The position numbers and the translations under genes were made by a program. From Candidatus Electrothrix sp. GW3-4 (GTDB taxonomy: Bacteria; Desulfobacterota; Desulfobulbia; Desulfobulbales; Desulfobulbaceae), in the NCBI RefSeq assembly GCF_037902255.1, contig NZ_CP147990.1, forward strand, positions 3,540,001 through 3,572,000: a DNA stretch of 32,000 nt, given 5' to 3'. The notes under the pieces were generated by a model. The model did no database searches, was not told the DNA's origin, and saw only the letters and a program-made list of their open reading frames with translations. Positions 17,533 through 24,477 of this stretch are shown one piece after another (position 1 is the stretch's first letter; the number at the start of each line of letters is the position of its first letter).

Positions 17533-18227
17533 AGTTCTGCTGGCTCCATCAACAGGGGAACCGGGACTGTCTGCTCTTTTTCGCAGGCTGGGGCATGTGC
17601 CCAGAACCCTTTCTGGATATTGCCCCAGGCAGCGTTGACGTGCTCATGCTCTATGATCATCGCAGCATGGACCTCCAAGAGATCTCCAGCTTTCTCAAAG
17701 ACCTTCAGGGGAAGGGAGATTATGGCAGGTTGCATCTCCTAGCCTGGTCTATGGGGGTTTGGGCGGCAGCCTTGCTGTTTGGCAATAAAATTCCCTCTCC
17801 ACCTGAGCTTGCTTCGGCGATCGCGATTGGCGGGACCTGCTCCCCCATTGATGACAGGCTTGGTCTCCCTGCGCATAATTTTGCCGACATGGCTGAGCGG
17901 CTTTCTCCGGCCCGGATGAGGGCCTTTCATCGTTCCATGTTTGCTGACCAAGAGGAAGCAGAGCGTTTTACGACCTCTTTCTCCAGGGGAGAGCGCTCCT
18001 TCCAAGGACTTCAGCACGAGCTGCTCACCCTGGCCACAGCCTACAAAGCGCAGCCAGAGGCACCTAACATCTATACCAGCAGGATTGTTACAGGTCGGGA
18101 TCAAATCTTTCCGGCCCGCAATCAGGTTCGCGCCTGGGGCCGCAACAAATGCCGTACACTCTCCCTGCCCCATTTTCCTTTTTATCAGTGGCCCAGCTGG
18201 TCAGCAATGCTTCAGGAGCTCACCTGA
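17529..18227 (+). CDS. bioG: Pimeloyl-ACP methyl ester esterase, BioG (DUF452) type
   Basis: ATGA overlap with bioF. Motifs LLFFAGWGM, HLLAWSMGVW (nucleophile Ser), GGTCSPIDDRLGLP and GRDQIFPARNQ match my recollection of Haemophilus-type BioG. Confidence 0.75.
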   Translation: MKFCWLHQQGNRDCLLFFAGWGMCPEPFLDIAPGSVDVLMLYDHRSMDLQEISSFLKDLQGKGDYGRLHLLAWSMGVWAAALLFGNKIPSPPELASAIAIGGTCSPIDDRLGLPAHNFADMAERLSPARMRAFHRSMFADQEEAERFTTSFSRGERSFQGLQHELLTLATAYKAQPEAPNIYTSRIVTGRDQIFPARNQVRAWGRNKCRTLSLPHFPFYQWPSWSAMLQELT

Positions 18228-18252
18228 GCCTGTATCAGGCCTGCCTTCAATT

Positions 18253-19089
18253 ATGCAAAAAATCAACAAGGACCTTGTCTGCCGCCAATTTCGCCGGGCC
18301 GCAGCCAGTTATGACCGCCAGGCCACGATCCAACATCGGGTGGCTGACCGACTCCTGGCCCTGGCAGCCCAACATATCCCAGCTCACCCGCTCAATGTCC
18401 TGGAAATCGGCTGCTGTACCGGCCTGCTGACCAGCAAGTTGCTCAACAGCAACATCAAGGTTGGCAGCCTGGTCCTTAATGACCTTATGCCCGACTTTGC
18501 AGAACGACTTCCCCACAACCTTTCTGTTGCTGAGCTCAGCTTTCTCCCTGGTGATATAGAAGGACTCCCCTTGCCCGGCCCCTTTGACCTGATCATTTCC
18601 TCTTCCACCTTTCATTGGTTTGATGACCTAGAGCAGACGCTGAAAAAACTCCTTGCTGCCCTTGCTCCTGGCGGGACACTTGCCTTTTCTCTCTACGGCC
18701 CGAGCAATCTAGCAGAGATCAAAGAACTTACAGGCGTGGGACTTGATTATCTCTCTCTGCCTGAAATAACATCCATACTGGAGAAACATTGCCTCCTTGA
18801 AGAGAGTCACCAGGACAAAGAGGTTTTTCTTTTCCCTCAGCCACGCGATGTCCTCAATCATCTGCGACAGACAGGGGTCAACTCCATCAACCATACCCCC
18901 TGGACCAGGCAACAATTGCGCGACTTTTGTCAGGAATACAAAAAAAGATTTCGCATTGATCGGTCAGTGCGTCTCACCTATCATCCCTTGTATTTCATTG
19001 CCCGAACTTTTCATGGCGAGAGAGAAAGGTCCGTGAGCCGCCAAGCATTAGCCCGCTCTGGGACAAAGAAAAATGAACAGATCAGATAA
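18253..19089 (+). CDS. bioC: Malonyl-ACP O-methyltransferase
   Basis: MQKINKDLVCRQFRRAAASYDRQATIQHRVADRLL. SAM motif VLEIGCCTGLLT. Also SSSTFHW and GGTLAFS. The first 104 codons of the track ORF from 17941 overlap bioG out of frame. Confidence 0.85.
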   Translation: MQKINKDLVCRQFRRAAASYDRQATIQHRVADRLLALAAQHIPAHPLNVLEIGCCTGLLTSKLLNSNIKVGSLVLNDLMPDFAERLPHNLSVAELSFLPGDIEGLPLPGPFDLIISSSTFHWFDDLEQTLKKLLAALAPGGTLAFSLYGPSNLAEIKELTGVGLDYLSLPEITSILEKHCLLEESHQDKEVFLFPQPRDVLNHLRQTGVNSINHTPWTRQQLRDFCQEYKKRFRIDRSVRLTYHPLYFIARTFHGERERSVSRQALARSGTKKNEQIR

Positions 19090-19136
19090 AAACACCTTGC
19101 AAGATCCTCCATAAGATGATAAAAGAGTCTGCACTT

Positions 19137-19213
19137 GCGCCTGTAGCTCATCTGGATAGAGTATCGGACTACGAATCCGAGGGTAGCAGGTTCGAATCCT
19201 GCCAGGCGCACCA
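19137..19213 (+). tRNA. tRNA-Arg (anticodon ACG), CCA encoded
   Basis: Acceptor stem GCGCCTG/CAGGCGC. Anticodon arm tcgga-CTACGAA-tccga. T arm GCAGG-TTCGAAT-CCTGC. 3' ACCA. Confidence 0.9.
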
Positions 19214-19220
19214 GAATTTC

Positions 19221-19256
19221 AGCCTCCCGGTCTTTTAGATCAGGAGGCTTTTTTAT
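19221..19256 (+). terminator. Rho-independent terminator after tRNA-Arg
   Basis: agcctcc (19221-19227) pairs with ggaggct (19243-19249) and is followed by TTTTTT. Confidence 0.6.
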
Positions 19257-19376
19257 TTTCTCGTGCAGCATGTTCGTTCTCTCCTTGTCAACAGGGCAAG
19301 AAATGACTACTGTTGATGAAATGATAGAAGCAAACGAACACAACGCCCTTGATTATCAGTGGATACTGTCTGAGCA

Positions 19377-19826
19377 ATGAAGATTGTCTGCAAAAACAAG
19401 AAGGCCTTTCATGATTATCATATCGATAAGACCATGGAAGCAGGCATGGTCTTGACCGGACCAGAGGTCAAGTCGTTGCGAGCAGGCCGGGCCAATATTA
19501 AGGATGGCTATGCCCAGCTCAAGAACGGTGAAGTCTTTTTGTACAATATTCATATTTCGCCCTATGCCTTTACCAGCCACTCAGCCACAGACCCACTGCG
19601 AGTGCGTAAGATCCTGTTGCACAAGCGGGAAATACGAAAACTGATCGGCAAGCTGAATGAAAAAGGGGTTGCGCTTATTCCGCTCAAGATATATTTTATT
19701 AATAATGGAAAGGCCAAGATTGAACTTGGCCTGGCTCGCGGCAAGAAGCTCTACGATAAACGAGCCGCTTTAAAAGAAAAGCAATCAAAGCGTGATGTTC
19801 AACGATCATTGCGCCAGCAAGACTAA
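19377..19826 (+). CDS. smpB: SsrA-binding protein
   Basis: [27 protein letters not shown] and a basic C-terminal tail. It lies directly upstream of ssrA. Confidence 0.95.
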   Translation: MKIVCKNKKAFHDYHIDKTMEAGMVLTGPEVKSLRAGRANIKDGYAQLKNGEVFLYNIHISPYAFTSHSATDPLRVRKILLHKREIRKLIGKLNEKGVALIPLKIYFINNGKAKIELGLARGKKLYDKRAALKEKQSKRDVQRSLRQQD

Positions 19827-19831
19827 TACAT

Positions 19832-20193
19832 GGGGGTGAAACGGATTCGACGGGGATATGAAAGCTCAACGTTGCATGCCGAGTGTTCTGTCAGCTCGTA
19901 AACTTGATGGAATCTTAAATATAATCGCTGACGATTATAACTACGCAATGGCAGCGTAAGCTGCTTTGCCGCTTTCCCGGTCCGCGCCCGTAAGGCCGGT
20001 GTAAAGCGTCGACTCTTCGGGCTGGTCTCACCGATGTGCCTCTCATCGGAAAGACGAGAACTTAACAGGCTGGTATTCAGCAATCCCCTGTTCCGGGTGA
20101 GAGCTGGATACGAGATTTTTACCCGGAACTAAGCATGTAGATACGTGAGGGGAGTATTTTCGGACCCGGGTTCAACTCCCGGCACCTCCACCA
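19832..20193 (+). ncRNA. ssrA: tmRNA (one-piece), tag peptide ADDYNYAMAA
   Basis: 5' GGGGGUGAAACGGAUUCGACGGGG. Tag ORF gct gac gat tat aac tac gca atg gca gcg at 19927-19956, then taa at 19957-19959. 3' GGACCCGGGUUCAACUCCCGGCACCUCCACCA. Acceptor pairing is GGGGGUG/CACCUCC with a G-U at position 3. Confidence 0.95.
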
Positions 20194-20204
20194 AGCAGCA
20201 GATA

Positions 20205-20238
20205 AGCCCGCAACCTGATACGGTTTGCGGGCTTTTTT
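20205..20238 (+). terminator. Rho-independent terminator of ssrA
   Basis: agcccgcaa..ttgcgggct stem followed by TTTTTT. Confidence 0.8.
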
Positions 20239-20383
20239 GTGTGCCTTTCCTTCTTTTTTCTTTTTTACAATTATTGTAATGGACTATAGCGGATTTGAGG
20301 TAAACTCCCGATAAGGTCTTCCATCATATATGCGGCCTTTGGAAAAACAACTCACACTCGTACAGAGGAAATCAGGCGATCAA

Positions 20384-20625
20384 TTTTAAAAAGCAGCCGT
20401 TCATCTTTTAAAGATCAGCCACTACTTTTTAAAAGCGGGTGTTGGATTTTAAAAGGTGAGAGGTCTCCTTTTAAAGGTCAGGTCTCAACTTTTAAAACTC
20501 AGGCGGCACCTTTAAAAGGTATGCTCTCATCTTTTCAAGGAGGGCTATGGGAATTAAAAGGTGACGCCTCGCCTTTTAAAGATGGGGCATGGGAATTAAA
20601 AGGCGGGCGGATGGTTAAAAAAAAA
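20384..20625. repeat. Array of 12 phased repeats (~21-bp period) with a (CC)TTTTAAAA(GG) palindromic core
   Basis: T/A core centres lie at about 20387, 20409, 20430, 20450, 20472, 20493, 20513, 20535 (degenerate), 20555, 20577, 20597 and 20616. Spacings are 19-22 bp. atgggaattaaaagg recurs exactly 42 bp apart. No ORF is present. Confidence 0.8.
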
Positions 20626-21167
20626 GACCGGTCGTCTTGTCATCAGAAGCCAGCGACAAAAAGAAAAGGAGAGACATATTTTGAGTAAGAGCGTACTGAA
20701 TTATTGCAGAAAGCAAACGAGATAAAGAAGGCACTGTTGACCTGCTCAAGGGAGTAACTCAGAGGCCGCCGGGAAGGTCAGGTCATTAATGGGAGCTGGC
20801 GAGCTTGGTGGTTTCTGAACACTTGCACACCAGTTGTCTTTAAGATTCGAACCTGTAACCCCGACCGTTAACCCGCATCACTGCGCGGTCTGAAAATGGG
20901 CTGTGATACCGGGAAGGATACATTCTTTCATTACAACAGCCAGTTTATCCTTGCCTTATGAATGTTCTTATGTTTATCAATTGTATTAGTCAGAACTGAT
21001 TAAGTTTCCATGTTATCAATAGATAACCGTTGATATCCTGGAAAAGCAAAAAAGAAATCAATAAACTGGAAATATTTTTCCAGTTTTCTCGCTTAATACG
21101 TAATAGCCTGGAAAGTTGGTCCATATATAGGGTAATACCCTATCCCGATTCCAGGTTATCCACACTG

Positions 21168-22368
21168 TTAGAGCAAGGATATTCTGAGCCATGGACTTTA
21201 ATACAGTAAGCACATTTCAGAGGCTAGGTGTTCCCCCTAATGTAATTAACACGGTTTTGGTAATCATAATCGTTCTTCTTCTCGCACCTTATGTAGGCGG
21301 GACCGATTTTGGGGTTTTTAAAGTACCAGATTTTCCGCCAACAATAGAGTATCTGCTCAAGTGGATCGGGCCGTTTCTATTGTTGGTATTTGTAATTCTA
21401 TTTATACCTGCATGGAAAACTAATAAAGTCGAAATCGGAGCAGAAAAAAAAGATCAGCCAAACGCGGTACATTCGAAGTCTAAGTACAGGCTGCAAAGTA
21501 CTCCAGATATCATTTTAAATGAGCTCCACAGGCAAAATGTTAACACAGGCGGAATTAGAATTATTCCAGGAATCAATATCCATGACCTTAAAAAGCGCAT
21601 TAAAATATTAAACACACAGCTATCTGACGAAAGAATAAATCAATTAGTGGAATCTGCACGTGAAACTGCTTTTACATCCAAGTATGCCGCACCTAAAGAA
21701 GATGAGAAATTAGTAAGTATTACAGAATTGAAGGTTCAAGGAATTCAGGAATGGCACATTTATTTAGAACAATTTTTGTCCAGACTGGGGGTTCCTGATA
21801 TCAAGAACATTGATGTGTTAGATGTGGGTATCGGTAACGCCTATGCGTCGCAAGTATTTTTGGGTAGCTGCGCGAGTTTAACTGGCGTAGATATCTCTCA
21901 TGAGGCGATAACATACGCCAAAAATAAGCTACCTAATGCGGTGTTCAAAATCGGGGGTGCAGAGGATTTAAAAGAAATTGAATCATTTTCGATGGATTTA
22001 TATATATCACTAAGAACATATCAATCGACACTCTTTGATATCAAAGAATCCCTTCATGAGGCATATAGGGTATTAGCAAAAGGTGGAGGACTAGTAGTTT
22101 CCATCCCAAACATGTTTCTTAAAAAAAATGACTCAGGAAAGATCATAGGTGTTTTGTATGGTCTTATACCTCCAGGATCAACCGCACCTAGTGTTGAGTT
22201 TGCAATGCAAATTTCGGAAAAGATTCAAGAATACATGAATTTATTAGGCTTCAAAGACGTCGAACTGTACAAGGAATCGCCGTTCGAAATATTCATTGGC
22301 GCTAGAAAATAAAGCTCTAACACGGCGCTCAAGCGGATGCTCCTGACGTCGCACCGCTTAGCTTGGCG
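21168..22368 (+). mobile_element. Integron-type gene cassette (single ORF plus attC) with no integrase in the window
   Basis: The upstream core G|TTAGAG (21167-21173) is the exact complement of the R'' box CTCTAAC of the attC at the 3' end. This is as expected for one cassette bounded by G|TT crossover points. Confidence 0.6.
21191..22312 (+). CDS. Membrane-anchored class I SAM-dependent methyltransferase (cassette ORF)
   Basis: Two N-terminal TM helices (VINTVLVIIIVLLLAPYV, FLLLVFVILFIPAW). SAM motif I VLDVGIGNAYAS, acidic loop GVDIS, and AKGGGLVVSIPN. Confidence 0.7.
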   Translation: MDFNTVSTFQRLGVPPNVINTVLVIIIVLLLAPYVGGTDFGVFKVPDFPPTIEYLLKWIGPFLLLVFVILFIPAWKTNKVEIGAEKKDQPNAVHSKSKYRLQSTPDIILNELHRQNVNTGGIRIIPGINIHDLKKRIKILNTQLSDERINQLVESARETAFTSKYAAPKEDEKLVSITELKVQGIQEWHIYLEQFLSRLGVPDIKNIDVLDVGIGNAYASQVFLGSCASLTGVDISHEAITYAKNKLPNAVFKIGGAEDLKEIESFSMDLYISLRTYQSTLFDIKESLHEAYRVLAKGGGLVVSIPNMFLKKNDSGKIIGVLYGLIPPGSTAPSVEFAMQISEKIQEYMNLLGFKDVELYKESPFEIFIGARK

Positions 22369-22374
22369 TTAGTC
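22315..22374 (+). other. attC (59-base-element) recombination site, 60 bp
   Basis: R'' CTCTAAC, 6 nt, L'' CTCAAGC, 21 nt, L' GCTTAGC, 5 nt, R' GTTAGTC. The folded form gives a 5-bp R box, an unpaired central spacer, and a 9-bp L stem (G13-C48 to G22-C40) with an extrahelical C16. It begins 3 nt after the stop codon. Confidence 0.65.
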
Positions 22375-22492
22375 GCATAAGAGATTTTATATTAAATTCG
22401 ATTTCCTACCAGGCTCGACACAAAACACCTCATCACACTTTTCCTTTTCTTAACGACCTCAATTTCACCGGCCCGGTGCCTGCATTCAGGTA

Positions 22493-22520
22493 TTGACAAT
22501 ACAGCCCCTTAATGTACTAT
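22493..22520 (+). promoter_or_regulatory. Sigma70-type promoter candidate
   Basis: TTGACA (22493-22498), a 16-nt spacer, then TACTAT (22515-22520). It lies about 77 nt upstream of ATG 22597. Confidence 0.4.
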
Positions 22521-22596
22521 ATTTGTAATCGTGCCCGATCCCCAGTTACAGACATGATTTGTATCACGGTCAGGCCTTCTTGTTTTCGGTGTCCTC

Positions 22597-23280
22597 ATGC
22601 CTTCCCCGCCTCTTATCAAACCCCATTTAGAATACCCTCTTGTTGCCCGTCTCAAAGAACGGGGGATGATCATTCCCGATGAAGCAAGGGCAATCCGCAA
22701 GCTGTCTCAAATAGGATACTACCGGTTAAGCGGCTTCAGCTATCCGTGCAGCCGTCCCAGATTTGACTATGGGGTCCACTTTAATGCTCTTAACTCAGAT
22801 AAAGATGACATTATAACGTTGATCTACATGAGGCGGCATTTTGAGCTCACCGATGATAAAGGCGATGCTTATCAAGTGTTGTCGAACCTCTTACACAAAA
22901 GGGAACGGGCCATAGATACTCGAGAACCCAAAGGCACCGGCGAGAACCATCCTGAGATGGAGGGCGGAAAGTTTTCTTCAGGATGCGATCAACTTATAAA
23001 TGTTATGCCCAGTTTTTCATACTCCGACATGTTACATCGAGTTGAAGATAAAGATTCTTTGAAGTCACTTTACGAATCATGCTCTAATGGCTATGAGAAG
23101 CTGCAAGTGTGCCGACTTATTGAACACGAGGAAAACAATGCTGTTGTTGAGAAATCTATCAAGCAGACATATCACATCGAAAATGAATTCATCTGCCAGC
23201 TTGATCTCGCTGAATTTGACACTATTCCAGAATATGTGATCTCCAAATGTGATGCGATTGTTAGTGGAGATTCAGCATGA
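22597..23280 (+). CDS. Hypothetical protein. The first ~50 aa resemble the N-terminus of Abi (Abi_2/AbiD-F-like) proteins and the remainder is unrecognised (possible fusion or remnant).
   Basis: KPHLEYPLVARLKERGMIIPDEARAIRKLSQIGYYRLSGFSYP matches the Abi_2 N-terminal pattern (..RGL.I.D......L..i.YYRLSGY..PF). After about residue 50 the similarity ends. Confidence 0.4.
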   Translation: MPSPPLIKPHLEYPLVARLKERGMIIPDEARAIRKLSQIGYYRLSGFSYPCSRPRFDYGVHFNALNSDKDDIITLIYMRRHFELTDDKGDAYQVLSNLLHKRERAIDTREPKGTGENHPEMEGGKFSSGCDQLINVMPSFSYSDMLHRVEDKDSLKSLYESCSNGYEKLQVCRLIEHEENNAVVEKSIKQTYHIENEFICQLDLAEFDTIPEYVISKCDAIVSGDSA

Positions 23281-23408
23281 CTCACTCTCAATCAACTCTA
23301 AAACAATTTTCACTAAATTTCGGCAAGTTGCCTTCAGTGCATTTCCATGCATTCCGTGGTTCCGAATCCTTTGGTGCCTTCCGTGGTTAAAAATAGAGGA
23401 CTCCAAAA

Positions 23409-24152
23409 ATGTTAGATTTCACGAAACTCGACGAGCTTAAGCAGAAACTTGATTCCTTCCGGCCTCTGCCACCAGAAATTGTTACTAATCTCCATGAGGA
23501 TCTGGTGCTTCGCTGGACCTACCACTCCAATGCCATTGAAGGCAATACGCTAACTCTGAAAGAAACCAAGGTCGCTCTGGAAGGGATCACTATTGGTGGG
23601 AAAAGCATGCGGGAGCATTTTGAAGCGATCAACCACAGAGAAGCCATTTTTTTCGTTGAAGATCTGGTCAAGAAAAATGAGCCCCTGTCTGAATGGCAGA
23701 TCAAATCGATCCACCAGTTGATCCTGAAAAATATTGATAACAAAAATGCGGGGACCTATAGGAAAACAAATGTCATTATCTCTGGTGCCGATCATGTACC
23801 GCCTGATGCTTTGCATGTAGAAAATGATATGCAACATTTTATCAACTGGTATCAAATTGAGGGGACATCTCTTCATCCGGTAGAACGAGCTGCCCGTGTA
23901 CATGCTGATTTTGTGAAAATCCATCCCTTTGTAGACGGCAATGGCAGGACATCACGGCTGCTGATGAATCTGGAATTGACGAAAAGTGGCTTTCCACCGG
24001 TTGTCCTGCCTGTGGAAAATCGACTGGCGTATTACGAGGCTCTGGATAGAGCCCACACGAAAAACGATTATGAACCGTTTTTGATGCTGATTGCGAATAT
24101 TGCGGAATCTGGATTCAAACCTTACTGGCATGCATTGGGGGTCACCCCATGA
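23409..24152 (+). CDS. fic: Fic/DOC family protein (AMPylase-type Fic motif)
   Basis: Core motif HPFVDGNGRTSRLLMN (HxFx[DE]GNGRxxR). N-terminal helical region with SNAIEGNTLT. Confidence 0.9.
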   Translation: MLDFTKLDELKQKLDSFRPLPPEIVTNLHEDLVLRWTYHSNAIEGNTLTLKETKVALEGITIGGKSMREHFEAINHREAIFFVEDLVKKNEPLSEWQIKSIHQLILKNIDNKNAGTYRKTNVIISGADHVPPDALHVENDMQHFINWYQIEGTSLHPVERAARVHADFVKIHPFVDGNGRTSRLLMNLELTKSGFPPVVLPVENRLAYYEALDRAHTKNDYEPFLMLIANIAESGFKPYWHALGVTP

Positions 24153-24450
24153 ATACGCTCCAGATCAACGAAAAGCATCTTTCTCAAATCCCGGCTTTGC
24201 AGCTTTTGATTGGCTTGGGATTTGAATTTTTGACACCAGCTGAAGCCCTACGCGAACGGCAGGATCCAATATCCAATGTTGATGGTTTCGTAAAAAGTCC
24301 AAAATTGCGAAAATCGTATTGTAACTCGCTGAGTTGCCGTTAGCGAATTGCTGTTTTCTGACTTTTTACCAGGCCATCAATGTTTTATTGAAAAGTATTC
24401 TGCGCAACCTCAACCTGCTCCAGGAAATAAAGCGCATTTGTTACAAGGAC
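24149..24450 (+). pseudogene. hsdR: Type I restriction enzyme R-subunit gene, N-terminal stub only, interrupted by a MITE and 3'-deleted
   Basis: MNTLQINEKHLSQIPALQLLIGLGFEFLTPAEALRERQDPISNV, then the element, then (frame +2) LLKSILRNLNLLQEIKRICYKD. The ATGA overlap with the fic stop is typical operon packing. Nothing HsdR-like lies beyond about 24450. Confidence 0.6.
24281..24378. mobile_element. MITE-like element, copy B (98 bp), flanked by the direct repeat AATGTT
   Basis: Homologous to 6589-6687. AATGTT occurs at 24275-24280 and again at 24379-24384. Deleting 24281-24384 fuses the two hsdR fragments in frame. Confidence 0.7.
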
Positions 24451-24477
24451 AGTACGCATCTCTCTAGCGCTGCCTTC

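Noticed and set aside
17941-18252. N-terminal 104 codons of the 382-aa track ORF (a longer bioC)
   Set aside because: This part overlaps bioG in another frame and has no methyltransferase similarity. The BioC-like sequence begins at ATG 18253 (MQKINKDLVCRQF..).
19011-19343. 110-aa minus-strand ORF
   Set aside because: It runs antisense through tRNA-Arg and its terminator, and no motif supports it.
20384-20625. Possible CRISPR array downstream of ssrA
   Set aside because: The repeat core is only about 12 bp and the spacers about 9-10 bp, far below CRISPR dimensions. The units are degenerate and no cas genes are nearby. I treat it as an iteron-like or phased binding-site array instead.
20844-20854. 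tRNA-like T-arm (aggttcgaatc on the minus strand) as a tRNA gene or att remnant
   Set aside because: Only the 11-nt T-loop core matches. The flanking bases do not form T or acceptor stems (3 of 5 T-stem pairs) and no cloverleaf can be drawn.
20640-21000. Remnant of an integron or phage integrase next to the cassette or ssrA
   Set aside because: Manual translation of both strands gives only short stop-ridden frames with no tyrosine-recombinase motifs. A profile-based TBLASTN search would be needed to exclude heavily decayed fragments.
23281-23408. Second attC downstream of the Abi-like ORF, plus another candidate at 22447-22560
   Set aside because: RYYYAAC-like and GTTRRRY-like words occur (aatcaac, tcttaac, gttaaaa, gttacag). 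The required complementary L boxes and the 6/5-nt spacing are absent. Only a small GGCAA-g-TTGCC hairpin and a ttccgtggtt direct repeat are present.
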